Origin: an uncultured Eubacteriales bacterium | GTDB lineage: Bacteria; Bacillota; Clostridia; Christensenellales; UBA1242 | Length of the DNA stretch: 64,000 nt | NCBI GenBank assembly: GCA_949878485.1 | Contig: CATLAM010000006.1 | Location: 6,914 to 70,913 of the forward strand | Reading direction: 5' to 3' | In this document: one piece after another, positions 26,267 through 35,982 of the stretch | How the letters are laid out: each line of letters starts with the position of its first letter | How positions within the stretch are numbered: position 1 is the first letter of the stretch | Program-made: the position numbers and the translations under genes | Notes under the pieces: generated by a model | Databases searched by the model: none | What the model was told of the DNA's origin: nothing | The model's input: the letters and a program-made list of their open reading frames with translations, nothing else

Positions 26267-27457
26267 ATGACAAAAAAACCTAAATATGAATTTACGGGTC
26301 TTACAAAATCACAAGAAGACTGCTTAATTTTAATCGAATCGCTTGGAATTTACGAACTTCGTGCTTTGGCAAGAGTTTTTGGAGATAATTCACCTACTGT
26401 TTTGAAAAGAGATGACCACATTAAAATTGTTATGAGCAAAATAATTTCTGGGGAAGATTTGAAACCTATTCCAATGAGACAAGGTCGTCCATATAAAGAA
26501 TTAAGCAACATTGTTGGAATTTTGACAGAACTTTCACATATCACAGGAAAAGATTATTCTTTAAAGAATGCTAAAGAAGTCGTAACAAACAAAGCAAGCA
26601 AACAAGTTACTTTCAAACAAGTGGAAGAAGACATAGTTTTAAAAAAGTTGTTCCCTATTGAAGTTAAAGGTGTGCTTTGTGACAAAAACAATGCTGAATT
26701 CTATCTTTTTGACCAAATCAATGGGAAATATATTCTTATTAAGAAAAACATTGATTTAAGATTGCAAGAAAATGATTTTGTCAGCGGAACTGCTGTTGTC
26801 ATGAATGAAAACAACGAATATATGCTTACAAGTTTAAGAGAAATCAACTTTTGCCCAGTAAACAACTATTCCATTAAAAATGATGAATATGTAATCTGCA
26901 CTCCAACTGAAAAAATTAATGTTGGCATTGACGGTGTTATTCCTGTTTTAGGCTCTCGTTATCTTCTTGATTATGGCAAATTTGTTGATAACCTTTCAAA
27001 AACAAAAAAACTTGTTGATGCCATGAAAGCAAACAATATAATTACTGTTGGCATCATTCCAAATGTTTTGCCAGAAGACAAATTGTCTATATCATCCATT
27101 GGTTTCAACAGCATTTTGACAATAGATTATGATGAAAAAGGTTTTGATGTATATCAACTTATCGTTTCTTTAAAAGAAAACATCCGTCGTCTGCAACACT
27201 TAGGAAGAAATGTTGCATTGTTTGTTCAAGATTTCAGCACAATCGCCTATGTTGTTGACTATGCTTTTAAAGACAACACAAAGGCTTTAATGGGACACAC
27301 AGAAGACACTGTGGAACTTATTAAAAGCATTGCTTCTCTTGCAAAGGCTGGCACAAATGGAAAACATACAACATTGTTTACCACTTTTGACCAACAAGTA
27401 GATATGTTTGACCAAATGTTTGTTTCATCTATTTACAAAATTTCTAAAAAATTATAA
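26267..27457 (+). CDS. Rho-like protein lacking a Walker A P-loop
   Basis: AAGGAG + ATG 26267. Overall order recalls Rho: N-terminal helical domain (LGIYELRALARVFG), OB/CSD-like middle, RecA-like C-terminal blocks. GSRYLLDYGKF stands where Rho has GQRGLIVAPPKAGKT. Confidence 0.45.
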   Translation: MTKKPKYEFTGLTKSQEDCLILIESLGIYELRALARVFGDNSPTVLKRDDHIKIVMSKIISGEDLKPIPMRQGRPYKELSNIVGILTELSHITGKDYSLKNAKEVVTNKASKQVTFKQVEEDIVLKKLFPIEVKGVLCDKNNAEFYLFDQINGKYILIKKNIDLRLQENDFVSGTAVVMNENNEYMLTSLREINFCPVNNYSIKNDEYVICTPTEKINVGIDGVIPVLGSRYLLDYGKFVDNLSKTKKLVDAMKANNIITVGIIPNVLPEDKLSISSIGFNSILTIDYDEKGFDVYQLIVSLKENIRRLQHLGRNVALFVQDFSTIAYVVDYAFKDNTKALMGHTEDTVELIKSIASLAKAGTNGKHTTLFTTFDQQVDMFDQMFVSSIYKISKKL

Positions 27458-27462
27458 ACCAA

Positions 27463-27498
27463 AAATCGTCAATAATATATTTGACGATTTTGTTTTTT
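27463..27498 (+). terminator. rho-independent terminator
   Basis: AAATCGTCAA / TTGACGATTT 10-bp stem followed by TGTTTTTT. Confidence 0.6.
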
Positions 27499-27550
27499 AT
27501 TTGACTTTTTTCCATTTAAGCCATATACTTGTTTCAGTAAAGGAGAAATT

Positions 27551-28372
27551 ATGCAAAATTTAATTCTGGCATCTTCTCAAACTTTTAAATTGTTTGGGCG
27601 TGACATTGCCATTTATGGTGTGCTTGTTGCCCTTGCGTTTCTTGTGACAATTATTGTTGTCTGCTTAAATGCCAAAAAACGCAATTTTAAAACTGATGAA
27701 CTTATCACTCTTGCTTGTTTCATTATCCCTCTTGCAATCATTGGCGCAAGAATTTATTATGTTGTTTTCAGCCTTGACCATTACAGCAGTTTTTGGGATG
27801 TTTTCAAAATTTGGGAAGGCGGACTTGCTTTCTATGGCGGACTTATTGGTGGTGTGCTTGGCGCGATTTTATATTGCATTATCTATAAAAAAAACATTCT
27901 TGCTTTGACTGACATAATTTTGCCAGTTGTGCTTCTTGGGCATTCTATAGGAAGAATAGGATGTTATTTTGGTGGCTGTTGTTATGGTGTGGAAGTCACC
28001 GACCCTAACCTTCAATGGTTTCCACTTTCAACACAAATTGACGGCATTTGGCATCTTTCCACTTTCTTTTATGAAAGTCTTTGGGATTTCTTAGCGTTTG
28101 TCGTTTTAATGATTATTTTATGGACTGTCGACTTCAAACATAATGGCATGGTTGGATCAATGTATTTCATTGTCTACGGACTTGGCAGAGCAATAATTGA
28201 AAGTTTCCGTGGCGACAGTCTTTACATTGGAAGTATGAAAGTTTCTCAATTTTTGTCCATTCTTTTCATTATTGCAGGTTTAGCATTTATTTTGTATTGT
28301 GTCATCAAAGACCATTACAAGAAAAAAGATTCTTTCGATAAAATTATGTCAGTTCTTAAAAAAGATTTGTAA
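27551..28372 (+). CDS. lgt: prolipoprotein diacylglyceryl transferase
   Basis: 273 aa polytopic; GRIGCYFGGCCYG motif; AAAGGAG SD. Confidence 0.85.
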   Translation: MQNLILASSQTFKLFGRDIAIYGVLVALAFLVTIIVVCLNAKKRNFKTDELITLACFIIPLAIIGARIYYVVFSLDHYSSFWDVFKIWEGGLAFYGGLIGGVLGAILYCIIYKKNILALTDIILPVVLLGHSIGRIGCYFGGCCYGVEVTDPNLQWFPLSTQIDGIWHLSTFFYESLWDFLAFVVLMIILWTVDFKHNGMVGSMYFIVYGLGRAIIESFRGDSLYIGSMKVSQFLSILFIIAGLAFILYCVIKDHYKKKDSFDKIMSVLKKDL

Positions 28373-28403
28373 GTTTTTGCTTAGTTTTACACATAATTAA
28401 GTC

Positions 28404-28904
28404 ATGATAGGAAGATTATTCAGAATAAAGAAATCCATAATCCTGAGATGGCTGGCTGTTTTGTTTAGTTTAATTTTTGCCACCTTGGTTTATCTCAGCA
28501 TATCAGTTTTTCAAAAACCAGAATTATGGTTTTTCAGTTTTTGTTTGTGTCTTGGGCTTTTTGAGATTGCCAAAAGTTTTATGTTTAACCTTGACAGTGC
28601 TTTTTATTTTGGCATTCTTATGACATTTTTGGGAATTGCTGGTTATGTGTTTATTTTCACTGACACTGCTTATTATGTAAGCGTGTTTATTCTTTCCGCC
28701 ATTTCTCTTGCTTCGTTGTTTACTTACAGCGTTACAAATCAAAAATTTCATCTCATAATCGCTTTTTCGCTGTTTTTCGTGGATATTTACACCTTTTTAT
28801 ACTTAAAAAATTTAATAACATTGCCTATTTTTATTGCTTTTATAGTGGGATTTTTGTTATTATTAATAGTGGCAATTATTTTAAGTTTTTTTAGGAGAGA
28901 TTGA
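28404..28904 (+). CDS. hypothetical integral membrane protein
   Basis: 166 aa, 5-6 TM spans. Ends with TGA at 28902-28904, one nt before the next ATG. Confidence 0.55.
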   Translation: MIGRLFRIKKSIILRWLAVLFSLIFATLVYLSISVFQKPELWFFSFCLCLGLFEIAKSFMFNLDSAFYFGILMTFLGIAGYVFIFTDTAYYVSVFILSAISLASLFTYSVTNQKFHLIIAFSLFFVDIYTFLYLKNLITLPIFIAFIVGFLLLLIVAIILSFFRRD

Positions 28905-28905
28905 A

Positions 28906-29532
28906 ATGTTTTCAGAAGAATTTAATGGTTATAAAAAAGTTGAAGTGCAAAACTTTATCAACAGAATGAAAGCAAGTTATGAAGCAAAACTTATGGAAGA
29001 AAAGTTGAAAGTTTTGGATGCAGAGAAAAAAGTTTTAGACATAACCAATGAAAGGATTAAACTTGAAAACAAAGAAAAAAACATTATGAACACTCTCAAC
29101 ATAATTGAAAAGGCTCAACAATTTCAAGAAGAAGGTTCAAAAAACATTTTTAATTTGATTAAAGGAAAATTGGAAATTTTAATTCAAGCGTTGGAAATTA
29201 AATTCCCTATGTTGAAACAAGATATGTCTTTTGCAAAAGAATTGGAAGAATTTAAAAAAATTCTAAACTCTTTGGAAAACAATCAAAAACAAATCAATGT
29301 AAACAACCCTATCAATTCGGAAAATGACAGCATGAGAATTCTTTTAAACAGAATGCAAGAATATAAAAAGACCAATTCACCTACTGCTCCAAAAGAATTA
29401 CACATAACAACAAACAAACCTGCAATGCAAACTATTCCAGATGGAGAAAGTGGTTTCAGTTTTGAAGAAGCATTAAATCCAACTGAAGATTTGGAAGATA
29501 TTATGAAAGCGTTTGATTTCTATAATGAATAA
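28906..29532 (+). CDS. DivIVA-domain coiled-coil protein
   Basis: N-terminus FNGYKKVEVQNFINRMKASYE matches the DivIVA/GpsB pattern (F..GY....V..F). Confidence 0.6.
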   Translation: MFSEEFNGYKKVEVQNFINRMKASYEAKLMEEKLKVLDAEKKVLDITNERIKLENKEKNIMNTLNIIEKAQQFQEEGSKNIFNLIKGKLEILIQALEIKFPMLKQDMSFAKELEEFKKILNSLENNQKQINVNNPINSENDSMRILLNRMQEYKKTNSPTAPKELHITTNKPAMQTIPDGESGFSFEEALNPTEDLEDIMKAFDFYNE

Positions 29533-29550
29533 CAATTTTTAATTAAAAAT

Positions 29551-29577
29551 AAAGTGCTTAATTTAAGCACTTTTTTT
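29551..29577. terminator. bidirectional terminator between convergent genes
   Basis: AAAGTGCTT / AAGCACTTT 9-bp stem flanked by A- and T-runs. Confidence 0.55.
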
Positions 29578-30553
29578 AATGGAAAAATATTGTCAAGAAA
29601 AATCCTGAAAGCACACCAATTGCATATTGCAAAAACATGATGCCAAGATTTTGAAGTGGTTTGTGGCGATTTTTTGTCCAAAGAATAATAAGCCCAACTC
29701 CTGCCCCCGATGTAAGCCCTGCCACAAGTGCTGGGAACGAAAGAATGTTAACAAAGAACAGTTCCACCAAAAGCACTGAAGAAGCACAATTTGGAATAAG
29801 CCCAACAAGCGATGCCAAAATAATTTGCAAATAGATATTGGTGTTTAAAAAATTGCTTACTGCTTGCATATCAATGCAACTTATAATTAAGTTTAATGCA
29901 AATGTTGCAATAAAAATGTAGACTGCAATATTGAAAGTGTGAATAACTGCATCGAAGAAAATGTTGTTGGCACAATGGTCACCACAATCATGCCCACATT
30001 CTTCTGTGTGAATATGTCCACATTCTAAATGGTGTTCCAAATTTGATTCATGATGTTCATGACAATGTTCTTCATGTTTGTGATCATGTTCATGTTCTTC
30101 ATGCGATTTCAAACTTTCTTTTGGTGTTTTTACAGATTTCTTTTTTAAAGACAAATTTATAATTAAATCTATTGCATAACCCCAAACAATGGCAAGCACA
30201 ATTTTAATTCCAATAAGCAAAAGTAAATCTAAAATTCTTGAAGTGTCGGTAAGCATAATTGGAATTGCTTCATCTGATGTGGCAATAAAAACGGCAATTA
30301 ATGTTCCAAGTGAAACATGTTTGCGAGAATAAAGGTCGGACATAACTGACGAAAAACCACATTGTGGCACACAACCCAGAAACGAAGCATAGAAAACACT
30401 TGTCTTTTTGTTTTTTGAAAGAAAAGAGTTAAGTTTATGGCTGTGATCATGTGAAAGCAAAGCAACTAAAAGATAGGCAATAAAAAGAATAGGAACAACC
30501 TTTAAACTGTCCACAAGTGCATCAAATAAACTATCTGCAAAAATCTCTGCCAT
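29576..30553 (-). CDS. polytopic permease with His/Cys-rich cytoplasmic loop (putative metal transporter, ArsP_2/DUF2899-like)
   Basis: Start MAEIFADS at ATG 30553. About 10 TM spans. Loop SHEEHEHDHKHEEHCHEHHESNLEHHLECGHIHTEECGHDCGDHC. Confidence 0.5.
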   Translation of the reverse strand: MAEIFADSLFDALVDSLKVVPILFIAYLLVALLSHDHSHKLNSFLSKNKKTSVFYASFLGCVPQCGFSSVMSDLYSRKHVSLGTLIAVFIATSDEAIPIMLTDTSRILDLLLLIGIKIVLAIVWGYAIDLIINLSLKKKSVKTPKESLKSHEEHEHDHKHEEHCHEHHESNLEHHLECGHIHTEECGHDCGDHCANNIFFDAVIHTFNIAVYIFIATFALNLIISCIDMQAVSNFLNTNIYLQIILASLVGLIPNCASSVLLVELFFVNILSFPALVAGLTSGAGVGLIILWTKNRHKPLQNLGIMFLQYAIGVLSGFFLTIFFH

Positions 30554-30693
30554 TACCCCGCCTTTTAAATCGTGATAATTATAACATATATCACAAAATT
30601 TCCAAACACATTTCTGTAAAATATTAATATTGGTTGACAAATCAACTTAATTGTGTTAACATTAATTTATCTTAATTTAATTGGAGAAAATAT

Positions 30694-31104
30694 ATGTCTA
30701 ACACTGAAAATCAAAATAGATTTTTTGAAGTAAGTAAACTTTACAACAAACTAAGTCAGAAATGTTTTCATAAAAACAAAAATTTTTCCAGTTTTGCATT
30801 GTTTGCTGAAGCGTTAAACCACTTTGAATTTACATCTCAACAAAAACTTTCAGACTTTGTTGGTTGCAACAAAGCATATACTTGTCGAACTTTATTTAAA
30901 ATGCAACTCAGTGGTTACCTGCAACCAATCGTTCCTAAGAAACCTATAACTTTGACAAGCAAAGGTAAAGAATTTGCCATAAACGTGGAAAACGAGCGAA
31001 AGAGATTGCAAGCACAAGTTTTTGATGGTATAACTAAAGAAGAAGATGAAATGCTTAAACACATAGTAGATAAAATCATCGTAAATATGAACAAGTTGAT
31101 TTAG
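30694..31104 (+). CDS. MarR-family transcriptional regulator
   Basis: 136 aa winged-helix pattern (QQKLSDFVGCNKAYTCRTLFKMQLSGYL); precedes the ABC transporter gene. Confidence 0.6.
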   Translation: MSNTENQNRFFEVSKLYNKLSQKCFHKNKNFSSFALFAEALNHFEFTSQQKLSDFVGCNKAYTCRTLFKMQLSGYLQPIVPKKPITLTSKGKEFAINVENERKRLQAQVFDGITKEEDEMLKHIVDKIIVNMNKLI

Positions 31105-31113
31105 GGAGAGAAT

Positions 31114-33357
31114 ATGGAAAAGAAATTGCAACTTATTGGTGTAAATAAATTTTATAAATTAAGCAATAAAGAAACCTTTCATGCTCTTTATGACATAAAT
31201 GTCGATTTTGAAAAAGGAGAACTCGTTTCCATTGTTGGTGAAAGCGGAAGCGGAAAATCCACTCTTATGAACTTAATTGGCGGATTGGATTCTGATTTCA
31301 GTGGTCAAATAATCGCCGACGGAGAACACCTTGAAAATCTTGCAGATAAGGAACTTGATAAATACCGCAAAAACAAAGTCGGTTTTGTTTTTCAGTCATT
31401 CAATTTAATTCCACATCTTTCCATTTTAGATAATGTAACCTTGGCACTTACTTTGTCAAATGTAAGCGAAAAAGATAAAGTGGAACGTGCAACAAAAATG
31501 CTGAAATTGGTTGGACTTGAAAGTCAAATTAAAAAAAGCCCAAATCAACTTTCAGGCGGTCAAAAACAAAGAGTTGCCATTGCCCGTGCCCTTATCAATG
31601 ACCCAGAAATCATAATTGCTGACGAACCAACAGGAGCATTAGACAGTGACACTTCAATGCAAATTTTGGATATCTTGAAAGATATTGCAGATCGCGGAAA
31701 ACTTGTCATAATGGTTACACACTCAGAAAAAATCGCTTCAATTTCTTCTCGCGTTGTGGAAATTTCTGACGGGAAAATTATAAATGACCACAAAAATCCT
31801 GACTATAAAAAGAAAAAAATTAAAAAAGAAGAAACTTTTGAAAAACCAAAACAAGAAATAATAACAGACAATAAATCAAAAAAGAAAAGAAATTTCAAAG
31901 ACAGACAAAACCTTTCTTTAGTTTCTGCCATTCGCCTATCATTACATAATATGTGGGCAAGTCGAATGAAAAATTTTCTTATGGCTTTTGGTGTAGCCAT
32001 TGGAATTGGCAGTTTGATTTTAATGTTATGTTTCTCTTCAGGTATAACAGATTTCATCAATGACACCATGAAATCATATTCTGACCCAACAATTGTCACC
32101 GTTTCTTTAAAATCTAAAGATGCGGTTGAAGGAGATATGGGAAATATGTTCAGTTCGTTTTCTTTCAATCAATATGAAAAAGAAGACATCGTTGAATTGA
32201 AAAATAAAATGAACAAATTTCTTGAACTAGAAAATATGGACTATCGTGTTACAGATGATAAAATCACTTATGGTATGCAACTTATGACACTTGATATGCA
32301 AGGAGCGTTACCGGGGAGTAATTTAATTTACATCAATGATGGTCATCAAGATGATATGTATGGCAAAGAACTTTTCATGCAAGAAATCAAAAATGAAGAA
32401 ACTGGAGAAATAAAAAAAGTCAATCCCCTTGAAGAATACAAGAAAAATGGTTGGATTGAATATGAAAAGGTTTATTGTCTTTACACAACCCCACCTTATT
32501 ATTCTGACACAAACATAATTGCGGGAGAAATGTCTACAGACAAAGGTGGAATAATGCTTACACAAGGCATCAAAAATATGTTCCCTGACATAGACCTTGA
32601 ACAAATTATTGGAAAAGAAGTAACAGTTACATTAAATCTTCCAACTTCTGTTACACATGGTGCACCTGTTCAAATTAAAATTAAAGACAAAATAACTGGA
32701 ATTATGGACACCTCTTTAATGTCTGGTTGGATGGTTTGCTATATAAATTATGATTATCTTGGCACAATTTTAAATGGTTCTGAATTTAACGATGGAGTTA
32801 TGAAAGCCAGCGATTTCTATAAACCAACTCACCTTTACATCAAGACCGACAGCGAAGAAACAACTGCAAAAATAAATAAATGGTTGGAAACACAAGACCG
32901 CTACAGCGGATCAATTGAAGACCAATTTGCAAATATGTTTGAAAATATGACAAGCGTTATTGGACCATCTTTGATTGTCATCTCTTGCATTTCCCTTATT
33001 GTTTCTGCCATGATGATTTTGGTTGTGCTTTACATGAGCGTTTCCGAACGAACAAAAGAAATTGGAGTGCTTAAATCAATTGGTGCAAGACGAAAAGACA
33101 TCCGCCGAATATTTACAAGCGAAAGTTTCCTTATCGGACTTTTAAGTGGAATTTTTGGAATTGTTTTCAACTTAATCTTGACACTTATCATTATGCTTGT
33201 TCTTACAAACACAATTGGAATGTGCCCAATAACTTACAGATGGTGGTATTTCTTCCTTGCAGTAGGAATTTCAATAATTATCAGCATGCTTGCTGGACTT
33301 TATCCTGCAAACAAGGCTTCCAAACTTGACCCAGTTGAATCTTTAAGAAGAGAATAA
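31114..33357 (+). CDS. MacB-type ABC transporter, fused ATPase and FtsX-like permease
   Basis: Walker A GESGSGKST, signature LSGGQKQR, Walker B IIIADEPT. C-terminal 4-TM FtsX domain with a large extracytoplasmic loop. Confidence 0.8.
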   Translation: MEKKLQLIGVNKFYKLSNKETFHALYDINVDFEKGELVSIVGESGSGKSTLMNLIGGLDSDFSGQIIADGEHLENLADKELDKYRKNKVGFVFQSFNLIPHLSILDNVTLALTLSNVSEKDKVERATKMLKLVGLESQIKKSPNQLSGGQKQRVAIARALINDPEIIIADEPTGALDSDTSMQILDILKDIADRGKLVIMVTHSEKIASISSRVVEISDGKIINDHKNPDYKKKKIKKEETFEKPKQEIITDNKSKKKRNFKDRQNLSLVSAIRLSLHNMWASRMKNFLMAFGVAIGIGSLILMLCFSSGITDFINDTMKSYSDPTIVTVSLKSKDAVEGDMGNMFSSFSFNQYEKEDIVELKNKMNKFLELENMDYRVTDDKITYGMQLMTLDMQGALPGSNLIYINDGHQDDMYGKELFMQEIKNEETGEIKKVNPLEEYKKNGWIEYEKVYCLYTTPPYYSDTNIIAGEMSTDKGGIMLTQGIKNMFPDIDLEQIIGKEVTVTLNLPTSVTHGAPVQIKIKDKITGIMDTSLMSGWMVCYINYDYLGTILNGSEFNDGVMKASDFYKPTHLYIKTDSEETTAKINKWLETQDRYSGSIEDQFANMFENMTSVIGPSLIVISCISLIVSAMMILVVLYMSVSERTKEIGVLKSIGARRKDIRRIFTSESFLIGLLSGIFGIVFNLILTLIIMLVLTNTIGMCPITYRWWYFFLAVGISIIISMLAGLYPANKASKLDPVESLRRE

Positions 33358-33377
33358 ATTTATGAATAAAATAAAAA

Positions 33378-33404
33378 AATAAGAGATTTTGACAATCTCT
33401 TATT
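33378..33404. terminator. bidirectional terminator
   Basis: AATAAGAGATT / AATCTCTTATT perfect 11-bp stem with A/T-runs on both sides. Confidence 0.6.
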
Positions 33405-33414
33405 TATTTTTAAA

Positions 33415-33762
33415 CTAGTTGTTTGCAGACTTAACTTTTGCTGCTTTTCCTGTGAGTTCTCTGATGTAATAAAGTTTTGCTCTGTTTGGCTTACCTTTTC
33501 TTACAACTTCGATGCTTGCAATTTTTGGTGAGTGAACAGGGAAAGTTTTTTCAACACCAACACCATAAGAAAGTTTTCTTACTGTGAAAGTTTCTCTGAT
33601 TCCACCATGTTTCTTTGCAATAACCACACCTTCAAAGGCTTGTAATCTTTCTTTATCGCCTTCCTTAATCTTTTGAGCAACCTTAACAGTGTCGCCAACA
33701 GAAAATTCAGGGATAGATTCTTTCATGCCTTCTTTTTCAATTTGGTTAATAATGTTTGCCAT
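33415..33762 (-). CDS. rplS: 50S ribosomal protein L19
   Basis: 115 aa; [28 protein letters not shown] pattern. Confidence 0.92.
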   Translation of the reverse strand: MANIINQIEKEGMKESIPEFSVGDTVKVAQKIKEGDKERLQAFEGVVIAKKHGGIRETFTVRKLSYGVGVEKTFPVHSPKIASIEVVRKGKPNRAKLYYIRELTGKAAKVKSANN

Positions 33763-33869
33763 GACTTATCTCCTTTTTTCAGATTTTCGACATGATGCTC
33801 TTAAAGTCAATTCTCCAGCGGAACATCCGAAGTCTTGACTATTATAACACACTATTTTTTCAAAAACAA
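33763..33869 (-). promoter_or_regulatory. rplS promoter plus structured 5-prime leader (L19-leader-like)
   Basis: TTGTTT-N17-TATAAT with TG extension (33841-33869). Leader hairpin AGTCAA...TTGACT (33805-33840) encloses a CGGA-TGT-TCCG stem. Confidence 0.4.
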
Positions 33870-33890
33870 GCATTTTACGCAAATAATTTG

Positions 33891-34664
33891 TTAATTTGTC
33901 AAACATTTTTCACTTTCAATTAATTTTGGAATATCTGCATCTGAATTTACTGGTTTACTTTGACTTTGGTTTTTAATAAAATCCAATATTAACTTACGTT
34001 CTTTATCTATATGATTTTTCTTAATTGCTTCAATTTCGTCATTATCAAGCGAAGTATAATCCAAAATATGTTTCGCTTCCAACATATACATTGGCAAGGC
34101 ATATTCAGGAAAAGTTCCTATTGCTGAATAAAAACCTTCGCCTTTAAAATTTAAAGCAATATTTTCAGGAAAATCAATTGTCATTACAAAAGTTTTAATG
34201 TTAAAACTTAGCTTAGGAAAACATTGTTTAATATTTTCCATACTGTCAAAAAAGCCTGCAACTTTAATGGTGTAAAGAAAAACATTATCAAATTTTTCAT
34301 TAGGTTCGTTTAAAACGTCATAAACTTCAGGCGTAATAAATTGACTAGTTTTTTGTTTATGCTGAAATGTGCTTTTTGGATTAAAAATTTTACATAATTC
34401 CTTTCTTTTTTGTAATTCAGATTCAAAAAGCGGAATTTCTTCTGGAATACTTGGAAAAACTTTTAAAATGGCATTCAAGCGATTATCAACCTTAACTCTT
34501 TTTACACTGCTTACAAGTTTTTTGAAAGTTGGATAACTATTGCAAGCATTATTTTTATTTAATTCTGCATATCGAAACATAGCCCCACCAAAAGTGAGTT
34601 TCTCAAATCCACCTTGTTTGATCGCTTCAAATTCTTGTTGACAACAAATTCTGTATAATTTCAT
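33891..34664 (-). CDS. hypothetical protein (257 aa)
   Basis: Intact ORF; no motif recognised. It lies between yraN and rplS, where Bacillus-type synteny has rnhB nearby. Confidence 0.5.
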   Translation of the reverse strand: MKLYRICCQQEFEAIKQGGFEKLTFGGAMFRYAELNKNNACNSYPTFKKLVSSVKRVKVDNRLNAILKVFPSIPEEIPLFESELQKRKELCKIFNPKSTFQHKQKTSQFITPEVYDVLNEPNEKFDNVFLYTIKVAGFFDSMENIKQCFPKLSFNIKTFVMTIDFPENIALNFKGEGFYSAIGTFPEYALPMYMLEAKHILDYTSLDNDEIEAIKKNHIDKERKLILDFIKNQSQSKPVNSDADIPKLIESEKCLTN

Positions 34665-34755
34665 TATCTTATCCCCTATTCTTAAAAAGGACTAAATATA
34701 AAAAAATTATATCATGTTTTTACAATTATTTCAAGACCTATTTTTAATTTAATAA

Positions 34756-35121
34756 TCAAAATGCATTTTCAATATGATTAATGTTGTCATCCAAAACTTC
34801 AATTACATCAAATCTAACATCATTATAAAACTGATTATTTTTCTGTAAATAAATTTCTGCAACAGTTCTGATTTTATTTTGTTTATAAAAGTTGACCGCT
34901 TCAACAGGTCTGCCAAAATCGGCATTCTTTCTTGCTTTAACTTCCACAAAAACAATAGTTTTGCCTTGTCTTGCAATTATGTCTATTTCTCCAAAATAGT
35001 TTTTATAATTCAATTCCAAAATTTGATAACCTTTCTGCTTCAAAAAATTTTGAACAGAAATTTCTCCAATGTCACCTTTAATTTTGTTTTGAATTTTTCT
35101 GAAGTCTTTTATTCCAAACAT
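34756..35121 (-). CDS. yraN: YraN-family (UPF0102) endonuclease-like protein
   Basis: 121 aa; GEIDIIA..VFVEVKAR pattern; TGA stop. Confidence 0.75.
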   Translation of the reverse strand: MFGIKDFRKIQNKIKGDIGEISVQNFLKQKGYQILELNYKNYFGEIDIIARQGKTIVFVEVKARKNADFGRPVEAVNFYKQNKIRTVAEIYLQKNNQFYNDVRFDVIEVLDDNINHIENAF

Positions 35122-35128
35122 TTTTCAC

Positions 35129-35941
35129 CTAATCTAAAGTAATTTTTCCAATTCTTGTCTTTCGAAAATCATCAATTACGCTTCTGGCAGTTCTTTCAAT
35201 ATCCAATTCTCCACCATTGGTGATATATTTGCGATTTTTGGCAATTTCTTCAAGTGAAAAATTGTTTCCATATCTTTGTCTAACAAATTCTGGATAAAGT
35301 TTATCTAACAAAGACAAAAGTTCAGTGGAAAGTTCCACAAAATCTAAAATTTCATCTCGAACACTGCCAACATATGCCAATTTCTTAGCAACTTCTTGAT
35401 TTTCTATGTTTGGATAAAGCGTCCCCGGTGTGTCATAAACTTCCACACAATCGCCAATAGGAATCCAAAGCCCATGCTTCGTTATACCTGCTTTATTTCC
35501 CGTTATGACTTTTGCTTTTTTACTTAAATTATTGACTAAAGTGCTTTTACCACAATTTGGAATTCCCACCACCATAGTTCTTATGGTTGGTTTTACTCCC
35601 TTTGCTTTATATCTTGCGATTTTTTCGGATGCCAACGCTTTAATTTTATTTACAATCAGTTCAGATTTACCTGACATTGTGCTGTTAAACAAAATATAGT
35701 CACTGGTTTTACTTCTAAACTGTGATAAAAGTGCTTTTACCTTCTTTTCATCTGCCATGTCAATTTTGTTTATCACAAAAAGAATAGGCTTGTTTTCCGT
35801 CAATTTATTTAAACTTGGATTTAAAGAAGAAACTGGAATGCGTGCGTCAAGCATATAAGTGACAACATCAACTTTTTTAAGTTGTTCACTTATATCCTTA
35901 AGTGCTTTATTCATATGCCCCGGAAACCAGTTTATTTTCAT
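35129..35941 (-). CDS. rbgA: ribosome biogenesis GTPase A (YlqF)
   Basis: Start MKINWFPGHM (GGAGA SD). Circularly permuted GTPase: NKIDM..., GIPNCGKST, DTPG. Confidence 0.85.
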   Translation of the reverse strand: MKINWFPGHMNKALKDISEQLKKVDVVTYMLDARIPVSSLNPSLNKLTENKPILFVINKIDMADEKKVKALLSQFRSKTSDYILFNSTMSGKSELIVNKIKALASEKIARYKAKGVKPTIRTMVVGIPNCGKSTLVNNLSKKAKVITGNKAGITKHGLWIPIGDCVEVYDTPGTLYPNIENQEVAKKLAYVGSVRDEILDFVELSTELLSLLDKLYPEFVRQRYGNNFSLEEIAKNRKYITNGGELDIERTARSVIDDFRKTRIGKITLD

Positions 35942-35982
35942 AATTTCTCCAATATATTGTGTGATATGCAAAACATACTACA

